Assembly (NCBI GenBank): GCA_000934665.2
Contig: JYFJ02001619.1
Coordinates: 1-64,000 of the forward strand
Direction of reading: 5' to 3'
From: Catajapyx aquilonaris
Lineage: Eukaryota
DNA: 64,000 nucleotides
In this document: piece by piece, positions 26,826-40,102 of the stretch
Layout of the letters: every line of letters starts with the position of its first letter
Numbering within the stretch: position 1 is the first letter of the stretch
Position numbers and translations under genes: made by a program
The notes under the pieces: generated by a model
Told to the model about the DNA's origin: nothing
The model's database searches: none
What the model saw: only the letters and a program-made list of their open reading frames with translations

Positions 26826-26993
26826 GGAAGGACTTTCGTAATGGGAGACTGAATGTGGCAGGGGTAGGGGCACACTGCACCAACATAACCTATTACCTAA
26901 CCTTCCTTCCCAGCGGATACACGCCTATCCTTCAGCGGATTTACCTAGGAAAGTAGGTAAAAGTGCGGGGTCTACTGTCATGAAAGCGCAGCC
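26826..26993 (+). mobile_element. subterminal-IR element with internal 22-bp repeats, copy 2 (2 units)
   Basis: GGAAGGACTTTCGTAATGGGAGAC ... GTCTACTGTCATGAAAGCGCAGCC; homologous to the other three copies. Confidence 0.85.
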
Positions 26994-27687
26994 AAATTTA
27001 GTACTAGCACTCAGAAAGTTACTTCGATCGGCATGTGCAGAGGTAACAAAATATCTGAATCATCATCTGGCCATGTTGAATTTTGTAGAATTTTTTAAAA
27101 AGGTTTTTGCCGCCAAACGCTCCTTGCTTTTGAAATGCAGTAATATGACGAACCTGGATTCATCATAACTAGGTCAGATTGCTGATTATTTTCCCATTCA
27201 GAGGGCAAAGGCAAAGAGTGCGAGGACACGCGCACACAAACGGATGAACAGATAGGGATTCCTTGCTTTCCATTCGCTTCATTACGCTTGTATTCCAACT
27301 TTATTTTGCCCTCGACCTACTGAAATGAAAATTATTCTATAGTTTACACATGGTGTTTTTGATTGGCTGAACACCTGTCCGCCAAGGTTCTCCTTGAGGC
27401 AGAAATAAGTGCAAAATTAAAGAGAGGAAAATGTCGAGGACTCAGTCGGTAAAGACGTAAACGACAACCATTTGGACCCACCTATGACACATGCGGAAAC
27501 CAACTTTTCTATCGCGAGACTCTTTGACTTCTATGGCCAGCTCTAAATCTCCAACCCGGTATATTTTTGATACAAGAAGAGCTGTAATATATTTTCCTTC
27601 ATATGTAAATGAAGCTAGAACTTTGATTTTTATTTATTGTATATTTAAAGTTTTAAAATTTCAAAAATACAGCGACAAATAAAAGCC

Positions 27688-28025
27688 CCCGGGGAGGTGT
27701 GGTGGCCGAGATGTTAACGTCTCGGCTTGCTGAGTGAAAGGTCCCAGGTTCGATCCCCGCCTGGGAGTTCCCTTTCACCTGCGTCAGGAGGGTCTCTGAC
27801 CTGCACCAAGGAGGTGTCTGGCAACCTAACCTCCTGGGGAACAGCACATGACCCCATATCAGACATTGCACTTGCACCCATGTTCCCTCCCCCCCAAATC
27901 CCCATCCTTACCCCATGTCCTGTCATCCTTGCACCAGAGTTAGAAGGAAAATCAGAAAATTGAAGGAAAAATGGTGGTATTCCACCCCCCTACAATGGCC
28001 TCTGGCCATATCACGGGGTAACGTA
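27688..28025 (+). mobile_element. tRNA-derived SINE (family also at 39478)
   Basis: A box TGGCCGAGATG, B box GGTTCGATCCC; core at 27862-27878; shared 3' tail; short TSD AAAAGCC (27681-27687, 28026-28032). Confidence 0.92.
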
Positions 28026-29362
28026 AAAAGCCTTCTTGTGGGATTAACTCATTTTCATTAACCCAGTTTCCAGATAATATGTTTTGAATGACTTATATTT
28101 AGTTTAATAAACAATCAAAAATTGGTAGTGTGTACTGGTGTAGTTTTTGTCTTAGCCTTTGTGATGGATAAAAATTAAATCAATTAATTATTTAGAAATA
28201 TACACTAAACACTGTCAGACGACATTGTGTCATAGTACCAGCTGAAACTCCATCATAAAGCCACTAGATCAATATCGCGCCTAAAATATTTCAGATCTGG
28301 TTAAAAACAAGAACGAACAGTTTGACTGACAGAATTCCTGTAATCGCCGTTGCATGCAGATGGCTCACACTACATTCTTTGTCGAGATAATAATTTAGTA
28401 TGCAGCATTTCTAATTAATTCAGGAAAGGGCTCATCTGCACAAACCTCCCCCATAATTATACCAATGCTTCCGTGCAGAGACCAGGCCGACATCGTGGAA
28501 AAGAGCCATTCTATTTACACGGGAGCGATCCTGAGTAAAATCAACATTCGTACATTCGCCCTGGATAACAGGCAATTTTTCAGGAGCCCCCCCCCCCTTA
28601 CCCCCTCGCCCCCACCAAACTCTAGACTAATTCAATTCTGTAAGCTAACTAAACGGGCGTCTCATTACGATGTGATAAAAGATAGAGGTCTCCAACTGTA
28701 TGGGGGAATTACTGTCATTATATTCGTTAAGGACCTTATCGGTTGTAGGATTAACGACTGTAATTGGTCGTGTCTGTGTCGCCTTACTTATGGCCCATTT
28801 CACGAAACGAACCACCGTTATAGCGCGCGAGCTGTTAGATATTAAGGATTTGCCGCTCCCTAATGGTGCGGACTAAGGCGTTTCCGCTGCTCTAGCCCTA
28901 AGGTGGCTTCTTCTGCGTGCTTGCTTGCCCCTGCTTGCCCCTCATCCACACCACCTCACCCTCTTACAAGTCTAGGGATTTTCTTGTTCAACTTTTTACT
29001 TCTCTTACCCCTGTTTCGTGTTGCTGCATTTTACATGTTATTTACTGGAGCAATCCTGGCTGGATTCAGTATGGTGTGATCATCACCAGTACTTTGGTAG
29101 GTATAGTAGTGTCACAGTCATGGGACTGGAAAAGTGACGCAGCTTTACAACACCTCAGTATGTCTCAGAAAGTCTGAACAGAATCAAATACGAAGCAAAA
29201 TTTAATTTTGGAACAGTGATGTGCGTGACAGTGACAGCCTGAAATTAAATTTCAAAAAAATCTAACACAGCATAATTTATTTAAAGTGATTTCAGGACAC
29301 TGCCGGAAACTTTACAGTAACAATAGCCTGCCATTATGTCATTTGAAATATAAAATAACTGA

Positions 29363-29494
29363 AGATCTGTTGCACCTGCATAGGAAAACTTGTCGGTTGA
29401 AAAAGTGCCAGAAAAGTTTGTCAACAATACTCTCAACAATTTTTCTGGCTTCTTCTCAGCGGGCAAATTTTTCTGGGGTCGGTGCAACCGAACT
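29363..29494. mobile_element. palindromic PIF/Harbinger-like MITE
   Basis: Ends AGATCTGTTGCACC / GGTGCAACCGAACT; imperfect internal IR; 3-bp flanks TGA / TAA (TWA-like). Confidence 0.55.
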
Positions 29495-29847
29495 TAAGAA
29501 TCACAATTAAAGAGAAACATACTGTACAGTATAAATCACAAACTGTCAGAACAAATCAGGCGTAAGAAGCAAATACGCATCCTCCCACACGCACCTCTAG
29601 CAGTCAGGGGGTCCAACTTAACATGAGCTTTGGCGACATCACCGATACTGATGTGAGCTATATTTTGCTCCACACTTGCAAATGGAAGTAATAATTGTGT
29701 GTGTTCAGCCTAATTTGAAGTACACAATAATGCAAAATAATATATTGGGCTTCAGTATATACAGTTGCATAACAAAAAAAAAAAAAATCCTAGAGAATCC
29801 AACCAAGCATCACTTTTAAATGCGCAAGGGTGAATAAAAAGCAACCG

Positions 29848-29891
29848 GAGCAGCCAATCGTACGCGTACATCGTTATACGATTGGCTGCTC
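29848..29891. repeat. perfect 15-bp inverted repeat containing CCAAT
   Basis: GAGCAGCCAATCGTA ... TACGATTGGCTGCTC with a 14-nt spacer. Confidence 0.85.
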
Positions 29892-29985
29892 GGGTTGTAG
29901 CGCCAATAAAAATTCACGAGCGAACCGCTGCCATAAGAGCGAGTGGTAGCAGGAACAAGGACACAAGATGGAGGGTTTCGGTTAA

Positions 29986-30290
29986 GTGTGGTGGGAAGTG
30001 TTATCCCACAAACCCTACATCCCTGACCTGAAACCATACTATTTCAACTATTTGGGACACTCAAAAGGCTTTTGAAATGGTGCCGATATAATTATGCTAG
30101 TGATGTTGAGATGGAAAGGAATGTGAGTTGAATTCTCCATTATTTATTACTTCAGTGATTTTATGGAAGGCGTGTCGACATATTATAGTTCCAACTGTGT
30201 GTCAATGGTTTCGGAGAATACTCATGAATAAACCGGACAGTGAAAGTAATTTCCATTCCATGCCCTTGTCCCTGCTTTCCTTTGTCCTTA
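29986..30290 (+). pseudogene. degenerate C-terminal remnant of a mariner transposase
   Basis: Manual translation from 29992: WEVLSHKPYIPDLKP (mariner WEVLPHPPYSPDLAP), frameshift, FQLFGTLK, later CVNGFGEY (mariner CVxxxGDY), then AATAAA. Not in the ORF track. Confidence 0.7.
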
Positions 30291-33200
30291 TATGATAGTT
30301 GGACCCGGTTGGACCCAAAATTGAATTTTTATTGGATATGCTATCATAGGTCGATGAGACTTGCCCTGATTTTTAGCCCTGGACTTATTTATACGCTTCC
30401 CGTGTACGGTTGACTGGTCGGGTTGCATTTGATTTGAGGTAGATGTGAAATACCAGACTGGCAAAATGAACACTTCTCTCTAATTACAAAACCTATGGGC
30501 ACCACCATATACCCGTGAGACACATCTCCATCCTGCATTGTGCCAGTTCTCTCTCCTGCATAATTCACCACTACGATAGAATCAAAAGTAGGTAAATACT
30601 TATTTCATTTTATCCTGCAATAATATTATTTATATTTCTAACAGTACGTTCCCCATTCTGAATAATTTTGCGAAACGTATATGAAGTACGGAAAGGCCAA
30701 GACCAAGGTGCGTATATCCTTCCTTTTGTTCTTCCTGAGATTGAGACATCACATTGGTGGCAGTGCTCTGGCCTCCTCCTGCGCCTCGGGCGTGCCAACT
30801 TAGTCTGTGATTCATCTTAATTATGCGAAGGGCTGTCATCCGCCTTGCAGTCTGACGGGGACTGTCAAAAAGACCCTTTGCATATTTAGAAGAGCATAGA
30901 TACTGGTTCCAAATTGGCGGAGAAGATGTCTCGGACTAGTAATGCCTCTGGATTGCTTGCAATTCCCTTTGCTACAATTCAATTAGATCTAGATATGGCC
31001 CTGTAGTAACCTACACAATTACAGTATGTCGACTGAATTTTCTTTCAGTTTTCTGATTTTGGTTTTTCACTAGTAGGCACATGAGACAAGCTCCATATTT
31101 TCAAAATAATTGGAAAGAATGCAGAAAAATACTTTACACTCCACAGCTTTCAGAGCCAGTTTCAACAGCAGTTTCCAACCCTAAACCACGCACTCAAGAC
31201 CTGATTACGACGCTTCCTTCATAAAAATATTCATTACTTTTTTTTGGCCTACTATGACTGACAGAATGTAATGGTGGAAAACACAAGTTAGGCCTATACT
31301 CAGCGAATCCACGAGATCCAAAACTGTAATCTTGATCGGCATAAGACTTCCTTATTCACAGAGGTATAGTCCAACTGTTGGAAAACAGTCTATCAAAGCC
31401 TTTTCTCAGTTTTCTGAGTCAGAAGGAGCTTATCCTTGAGCTGGGAGCAAATTTTAGAATACAGCATGTCTTCAAAACGTTTCTTTTTGCAGTTGATTTT
31501 TCTATAGTTCTCCTTGAAATCCGCGGATATCTTCTCCGACACAATTCCGATCCAAAAGGGCTCCATAGAGGTGTACGATTTCCTGGTATATAGACATCTG
31601 TATGATTGTGTCGGGTTTATCTATGAAATTCTTGCAACGTTATGAGAATACATTTCTGCTTTGTACAAAAATTATTATGCCAAGAATGATGGACTGGTTA
31701 AAAACTGGCAGCAACAATAGTACCCGATAACTATGCAATAGTCTATGGTAAAATTATGGTGCATCACATCTGGCTTGTCTAGGTTCGCCTAGAGGGGAGA
31801 TGAGCATGTGAAGGCAGGGCGTTATGGCCTCAGCCCACCAAGCCCGATCTGACACGATCATATCCCCTATAGGCGAAAATAGACAGTTTTGATGTGATGC
31901 AGTGCAAATACCAGGGACCGCTAATAGTTGTGGGCTGGCTCAGAGGTGGAGAGAAGCCATAGGTAGCTCTCCAAACTATTTCTTCTTTTTTACAACTGAA
32001 GACAATGTGGCGATATGACGGTGTTCCAGACTAAATTAACTGTCATTGTAACTGAAGCATGGCAATGACAACTGACATTCTACCCCAGTTTCATCAGTAA
32101 ATCATGAATGATAATTTATTATATTCTTGGAATTGCGACGCGACGTTTATGGTTGCAATCAGTAGGCCTATATACAAAAAAATGATTTTAAAAGTATAAA
32201 AGGATAAATCCTCAGTCAAGAGTATACCTTCAGTGATGCAAGTAGATCTAAAATATTCACTCCAAATCAAACTAGACTCAGACATAATTATTTTCATCAG
32301 GAAGTAGCTCCCAACCATCTCCTTATCTACATCTGTTGTCAAAGGAAAAATTAATAAAAAATGTCAGCTATACAATATAAGCAATACTACTTCCATGTCG
32401 AATAATATAGACAACAAGTATAACAGATCAGTATACTGCACATTTCTTCAGTACAAAAGTGACCGTTTTAAAGGTTCTATATAGCCTATATCTTGAGCTA
32501 GATCGGTCGATGGTATACCTTCGAAAAGATTTCTGACCATGACTCGCTCTTTGGCAGATTTACATGATGTAAGCACGACGATTCCAAATTTCCCTTCCAT
32601 TTCACGGGAAGAGCCAGTCATATTCTTCACTCGGCCGATTTAGCACAAAATGTTTGAACGGCATGATGCTCACCCGCACAATATACACCAGAACAATCCG
32701 ATACAGTCGCAGTAACATTGAGCGCATCGCCACATGATAGCAGCACATTCCTCGAATATGAGATTCGATGAATAATTATTACCATTCTCAGATAGTGTTC
32801 CTGAAACTTTTTTTTCCATTTGTGTGACTAACTTGGTTTGTGAATTTACTATCTTTTTTCTCGGGTTTGCCTTTATGTCTGTAACATTGATATAGGCCTA
32901 CATACAGACGTTGGGTATAGTCTACGTAGTTTCTCTATACACACAGGGTTTTAGCCAATGGCTAAAAATTTCCTACACGTTCCCGGACCTAATTAACTTA
33001 ATTTTCGCTAGCTGTGCCGGCTGGAGGCTCTACAGTTCGCCCGTGTCGCTTATTATGCCTTCCTCTGCCCAGAGGTGGGATCAAGCTGTTTCCGTATGAT
33101 TCACTCTTCCACATGGAAAACAACTCAGCTAGTGGGAAATAATCGTCTCATCCAAACTCAAGATCAGGTAACATTGTACAGCCTTAAGGCATGTTCCCAC

Positions 33201-35639
33201 TAGCGCTCTCAAAACCATTCATGAATCTCAGAACGTCTGTTCACACGGCAACTTTTTTCACATATGCGGAACTCTGAAAGTGAGCATGTATCAGCAGTGG
33301 ACACACTGGATCTAATTGTTGCACATTTAAATTGTAATTAATATAATAATAACGAATGCTATTTGTGGAGAATATGCGCAAGATGAATAGGGTTTTTTTT
33401 CGTCTTTCGTTGCGGTTTTTCTCTTTTTGGTCTGGCGACTTCTGTAAGCACCATTTGCAAGAAATATTGGCAGAACCAAAAAATAAGGGCCACTGTTCTC
33501 TTCGACGAACCAGCTGCGTGTTATTTGCTTTTCTTTTCAAGAAAATCGTTTCAAAGAGGGGTTTGCAGCGCCTGTTGACTTCCTGATTATTTTCCTCTTT
33601 TTTTATAATTTACGAAAGGTTACCAGATGCATTTTTCATGTGGATCCGTGAGTTGACTGAGCTTATTTACATTCAAAGATGGTAGGATGCTTTAAAAATC
33701 GATTTAGGCAAATCGACCTTGCGATTTGTACGGAAGGGACTGTCACTCTGAAGGGATAAAATGGTGACGATTTATAGCATCAAAATGATTAGGATGTGAC
33801 AAAAAATTTATGTTTCTTGCAAAAAAAAATGCCTATGCTACCAATTGTGTTCCACAACCTTGCACTTATCAAACATTCAGCTAGTGGCTAAGCCATCATC
33901 TTCATAATTTGATTGACCACCATAGAGGTTCCGATTCTCAGAATAAGATTGAAAAGAATTCAAATGGATACCAGAAATGAAAATATTCCTACATATTATA
34001 TCTGTAAGTGATCAGCTGCAGTGTGAACAAGGTTTAGCAAAAGACGGTGTCTTGCACCATTGGCACTTTGCCCGGCTGCATATGAATGTCCCAGTTCTGG
34101 TGATTGAAGGCTGCGTGCTCGTCGGTCGTTGTGCCTCGCCATTTGACTGAGGCTGATTCCTGCCAGAGGGATCGTGCTGGGGGAGTCATGGGGGGATGGA
34201 GAAAGGGTGGAAAGTGGGAGGAAAGGGGAGAGGGGGGGGGAGAAAATAGCCTCGGAGAAATGCAAAGGCGAGATTGAGGCGACGCAATGGAAAGCTGGCG
34301 ACCGCAATTTGCATGCCATTCCGACTCGTGATGCTCCGGTGGGGTGGAGTTTTAGAGTGTGCTACAGAATCACACAGATAAGGCAAGTATAGGTTATAGG
34401 TTAGGTCAGGGTTTTTAAAACCCCCAAAACCAGGCTACCTTACTATGTCAAAAGTGTGTTAATTTCTGGTTACAGGCTCAATGCTAAGTTCGTATTACCA
34501 ATAACATGGAATACTTTCACCTCGAGTCGAACTCCCATTGGGAAAGGTCACATGGGTCGTAGAGCGACCAAATCTGAAATTCCTGTTTTTTGAAGTGTTC
34601 TACTGGAAGATGTCCTGGTTTTTGATAATGACCTACTTTATCTTCTTGTTTGCCCTTTACAAGTTCAATAAATGTGTTTTTTGACTCATTCTGTCAGAGT
34701 ACTCTCTATGTACTACAGTAAACCCGATCTCCCGTACCTTTTGCTCAACCCCAGTGTGTCGTTAGAAAACGTCAAACTTGGTGCAGCTTCCTCTGTAGGA
34801 AAATGAGCACTGCCTGAAGTTAAACAGTTGGGGGGAAAGAGAAGGAATGGGCTTGGGCTTGGGCTTGAGATTTCCCGCCCGGGGATTTCCGCAACTGCAA
34901 CTCGTCAAGTGAATGAAGGGAGGAACTCCTTGCATACAGCAGGTAAGTACGAGGGGTAAAAGGTGTCCTTTGAGCTGGAGCTACAATAACGGAATTCAAT
35001 ACCCCGTCCTCCCTCCTCAACCCTTACCTACTTCCTAGGAGGAAATCTGTTCTTCCACTGGCGCCGGATGAAAGCGTAGACAATTTGGCACAGCTTCTTG
35101 TGAATGAAAACAATATTAGACGAAGTTTAAAGTTACTCGCTGGCTTTTCATATGTATCGACACTGTTTACTATACCTTTCCTCTTCATTCCAAGTGGGAA
35201 GAAAGGGAGGATACAATAGCAAGTTCCCTCCGTCTCTGTTTTTTTTCCAGCTAAGATCTTCTAAGCGCATCGAATTCTTCTGAAAATATCCTACAGTGAA
35301 TCCCGAGCCATGGTACCCATCGTCCTTTCAATGTTGCTGCGAAACTGCTCTAGTCGCTGGCCGATAACAGATAAGGCCCAAGTTCTAGGAGTTTGTGCTA
35401 CCATGTGAACTTTTCTCTCTCTCTTTTTTGCTTCACTCTTGCCAATTTGGCAGGTCAATGGCTGCTGACAGGCTAATCGACTCGAACTAACCCAAAGTTA
35501 GGCTTCCGGCGATAATATGACGCAGGATAGGCTGCCATTTGGCAAGGATATCAACTGTCGCCTATGTACTAACACAAAAAATGTATACAGTATATTGGCA
35601 AAAAACTTCACTCGACTTCAGAGGCTTGGGGGGGGGGGG

Positions 35640-35645
35640 NNNNNN
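35640..35645. other. assembly gap in a poly-G run (single Ns also at 2455 and 3255 next to poly-C)
   Basis: Ns in the sequence adjacent to homopolymers. Confidence 0.95.
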
Positions 35646-36773
35646 TGGGGGGGGGGGGATAGCACAACATCACTATATATAGAGAAGGCACATTTTGAAA
35701 TAATAAGGGAAATAACCATTACAATAAATCCTATCGAAAGTGCTCAAAAAACTTTTATAGTCTCCCAAACCTTCCAGTATTTTTTTCAATACAATATTGG
35801 AAGGTAGTCACTTGCATCATTTTAGCACAAATGATTTTCCCATCACTGTAACTGTGTGCAAAAATGCTCTAGAATTCCGACAATCGCAGTTAAATAAGCC
35901 TACACACGAGCGCATTCTTCTGCTTAAGGCCTTTCCCGACCCAGTTTTTCAGCTTGAATGTCGTACTACGGCGCTACTGGGAATTGATAGTAGATTTAGA
36001 CAGTTTTGTTCCAAATGTATCTCAGCCTCTTACAATTATTGCAGTGGATAGAGCTAAAATACTGCAAATTGGCCCTCTGCCAGCGACAGGAAATGGCAAT
36101 ATTGCCACTACAGGGAGTGTAAAATTAGACCATATTTTTTACAGGGCAGTGAAAAGTACATGTTGGGCTACAATATCTTTTACACAATACCATTGTAGAC
36201 TCAGGCTTACGTTATGCTGCCCAACTTGTTGATACTCCGGAATATTACAACTTTTTTTTTAGCCCTCTTGGAGAACGAGTGCAATTAACATTGAATAGAA
36301 GTAGTCGTATATAACATGGAAGGCAAACTATCTGAATTTTGTCTGATATACTACCGTTCTAAGTACAGTATCCGTTGGAGAAAAGTTACTGCACCGCAAT
36401 TCTCCCGAAAGGACTAAATCACAGATATGAGATACCCACGTGGAAGGAAAGAAGCCATTAGTCTGGGATTAAAGGGTCTTGAGTTCGTCCGAGGCTCAAA
36501 ACCTCTGGAGTTAGTGCCTTGTAGGGGCTTTCATCAGGACCTCAAACAGAATGGACAGAATAAGGTGGAGGCCACACCAGGCACTATTGTTTCCAAGTTG
36601 GAATGGAAACATGTCTGATTTTATAGCACTGCTGACTTCCCTATTTCTCATTTGCCCTCAATAAATTTAGACACCGTCCTTTTTTCCAGGGCAACACAGC
36701 TTATCCTAGATTCTGTAATAATAAATATGGATTGTCCTTGTCGAAATTTTAACATTCAAGGCCTGTATTTATA

Positions 36774-36987
36774 CAGGGTGTTCCAAATTCGTCGGTCGTT
36801 TTTTATAACTGATATCACACGAAGTAGCTATTTTTGTGTAGCTTGTTGTGCCACCATCCAGATTCTCCATTACTCCCAGGGAGCCGAATATAGCAGTTGC
36901 TATAGAATGGGCACAATAATGTGCAAAATATAACTACTTCGAGCAATATCAGTTATAAAAAACGACCCACGAATTTGAAACACCCTG
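36774..36987. mobile_element. ~215-bp palindromic MITE, CAGGGTGTTCCAAATTCG family, copy 1
   Basis: TA|CAGGGTGTTCCAAATTCGTCGGTCGTTTTTTATAACTGATAT ... ATATCAGTTATAAAAAACGACCCACGAATTTGAAACACCCTG|TA. Confidence 0.92.
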
Positions 36988-37009
36988 TATATACATCCAG
37001 AAAAGGGTA

Positions 37010-37104
37010 AGGTGAAGTGGGGGAAGTGCACACCCGGGGTAAGTGCACATATGGCGGCACAATATGTGCACTTACCCCGGGTGTGCACTTCCCCCACTTC
37101 ACCC
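37010..37104. mobile_element. 95-bp hairpin mini-MITE
   Basis: Perfect 42-bp arms (37011-37052 / 37062-37103), 9-nt spacer, TA flanks. Confidence 0.85.
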
Positions 37105-38583
37105 TATGTGAATTTGTAAGGTCAAGCATATTTATGCATAACTTGCCTTTTTGCTAAGTTTATAGGCAGGTAACTTTGAATTGCGCATACAATACTAAAA
37201 GGCATAAGGAAGGCGTGCAAATTATGCAATTGAATTTTATACTGCTGGGCACATAAACTGAGCGTGAGTTAGAGAGTAAATTCCACGCAGTAGTCGGCTC
37301 TTCAGAGATATCCTAACCCAAACGACCATGAAACCCCCCACGATCGTCTTGTCTCCCTGATTCTCCATGAAATTTGGCGAGCGCCATCTATCCTGGCGAC
37401 AAGGGTCCAATTAATTTTTACGACTCCATGATGGTGACTATTTCTGAAAACTGCTTCTTTAGTGTGGAAGACCTTATCATAGGACAAAAGTCCGGGGAGA
37501 ACAAGGCGCGGCCCCCCTGAAAAGGATTCGGGCCCTGTGATGCATGGCTGCCCGCCGAGTCCGATCAAAATGTGAATTTGTAACAAGGGGGGAACGAAAG
37601 CGTCATTTAGATTCAGACCTCGTGGAAATGGGAAGAAAACTAGTGAATCCTCGAGAACTCCAGGAGAGGAAGGGCTGGTATGAGTGTTGGTGTGGGTGGG
37701 TGGTTTGAGAAAGGAAGGTGGTCCACCCCCATCCTTTTCTTCACACTCGGCATGGCGATCTTTACACCTTCCAAGCCCAATTGAGTTCGTCCTTCTTCCA
37801 AATTATGGGAGAGGGTAAACATGATTCCATGGAGTGATGCAAATGGGGTGAATCTCCGGAGACGCCCTTTGTTTCTGAAGTAGGCGTGGGTGTGGGTACA
37901 TAAGGGTTTTCCATTCATGTATAGAAATGAACTATGTGGAAGTGGTTTGCAACTGTAAGGCTAGACTTCGCTCAAATTCAGAGGTTGTTTGTCACTGGCC
38001 TAGCTTAACATAGTTACAGTAGCAGAAAAAATTGGGAAACTACAGTATTCTTTGTGCAATCAGAAATGACGGAAGTGGACCATAATTTTTAAGGAACAAT
38101 GCATAAAAAATGGCGAATAAAGCTTCCTATGACAAAGTGTAATTCACTTCCCCTCCCGCAAGTTCGACTGATGAGTAATCTCAGAAATCTATCAGTATAC
38201 TATATTTCAAGAACTACAAGTTCAGTTTCCCTGCAGACTCTACATGTACTCTATATGTAATCATACTGAAGCCGAATGGTCTTTGTATCACATAATATAT
38301 AATTGTCATTTTTTGCTGCTATATCAGAAGAAGCAAATTGTCGCAAATTCCAAATCTCTTTCCTCCCCCCCCCCCCATATAAGCTTCACACTTTGTTTGC
38401 GTCATTGCCAGTATATTATGCTATTCAGCAACTATATACATATATTTTTTTCAGCTGCTGGGGATTACCTCAATTTCTGTGATATTGTACTCAAAATGCT
38501 GGCAGCGAAAAGCTGATGTAAACAGTATATAAGGGAAGTCTCTCTGGTAATACCAGTAGCTGAACAGGGAATACTTAAACAAA

Positions 38584-38638
38584 TATTCTATTCTATTCTA
38601 TTCTATTCTATTCTATTCTATTCTATTCTATTCTATTC
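38584..38638. repeat. (TATTC)11 microsatellite
   Basis: Perfect pentamer array. Confidence 0.97.
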
Positions 38639-39117
38639 CATGACAAAGCTCTTGAAGATTGTGTCAGCTTGCAAAGAAACTCATGACTCAAGAAATGATA
38701 TCCCTTTGTTTCAGGTGCAGTGTACAATATTATGATTGAATAGTAATTCTGTTGAAAAGCTGAAATAACAGCTAAACTTACTGTATAATGAGCTGAAATG
38801 GCAAGGATACCATATATTGCATTGAGGCTGTACAGTACATCACCAGCAGTAGGGGAATGAGAGTTGTATATTTATTCATATGCAAAGTAGGAGAAATTGT
38901 TTGCACCTTCCTGAACTACTGTAGTTTAGCCTCAATAAATAAATTATTTCCCTTCTTTCGCTTTCATTTGATCCACCCTCGTACAATATTGACTGTAGAA
39001 ATTGCAAAATATGAAATAGGAACCCTACAAAAATTGGCCACTTCGTTGAGTGCATAAGCTTAAATATTTTTTAAATCAACCATTCTTATTGAGATTATGA
39101 ATTGTACGTATGTTATA

Positions 39118-39439
39118 CAGGGTGTCCCATCATTTTTGTCCGAACAGTTATCACAAAATTGCGCGTAGATGCTACTTTTAAGCAGTGACTTGCAAACGGT
39201 GATTTTTCGGAGGAACGGGGAATATTCCCTGCGAATCGTAGGTTGAAGTGGCATACGTGCTTCCCGCTGAAAATTGAGGGTCAAGCCTGGAAAAAAGAGG
39301 GTCACACATGCCATGGAATGTGTGACCCTCTTTTTCCCCATTCCCCAGACAAATCACCCGTTGCAAGTCACTGCTTAAAAAGTAGCAGCTACGCCCAATT
39401 TTCCCATAACTGTTCGGACAAAAAAGATGGGACACCCTG
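39118..39439. mobile_element. TA-flanked MITE with ~90-bp TIRs (CAGGGTGTCCCATC)
   Basis: TA|CAGGGTGTCCCATCATTTTTGTCCGAACAGTTAT ... ATAACTGTTCGGACAAAAAAGATGGGACACCCTG|TA; extra internal hairpin at about 39291-39336. Confidence 0.92.
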
Positions 39440-39477
39440 TATATTCAGACGGTAAAGGTGTGCAAAACTAAGTTTCC

Positions 39478-39816
39478 ATGGGGAGGTGTAGATGGCCGAG
39501 ATGGTAACGTCTCGGCTTGCTGAGTGAAAAGCCCCAGGTTCGATCCCCGCCTGGGGAACTTTCCTTTCACCTGCTTCAGGAGGGTCTCTGACCTGCACCA
39601 AGGAGGTGTCTGGCAACCTAACCTCCTGGGGAACAGCACATGATCCTTTACCGACATTGCACTTGCACCCTATGTTCCCTCCTCAAAAATCACTATCCTT
39701 ACCCTACATCCTTGACTCCTTGCACCGGTGAATGAAGTTAATATATGAAAATGGAGTGAAATGGTGGTATTCCACCCCCCTAAAAAGGCTCAGTCTTATC
39801 ACGGGGTAGCGTAAAA
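39478..39816 (+). mobile_element. tRNA-derived SINE (family also at 27688)
   Basis: A/B boxes; near-identical to 27688 over head and body; A tail; 14-bp TSD AAAACTAAGTTTCC (39464-39477, 39817-39830). Confidence 0.95.
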
Positions 39817-40102
39817 AAAACTAAGTTTCCTTAGTTTTTTGCTTTGCATGTCATTCATTGCTTCTTCCCTTGCAAATTTTCAGTCCATCAAATCTGCCAA
39901 AGTTAGAATCAAAGCTAGCGAGCCAGCTAGTCATTATCCATAGGAGCTTCCTGTGTCCTTCAGAAGCAGGTCAGGCTTGTCTCCTTCGACTAAATTATAA
40001 CCCGTATTTCCCAAGAGAGGAGCTTATAGACTGCAGGCAGATAGTGCAACATCTTCCTAAACTTCTAGCAATGACCCTGGGTCTGGCTGGACGTGCGTAT
40101 AT

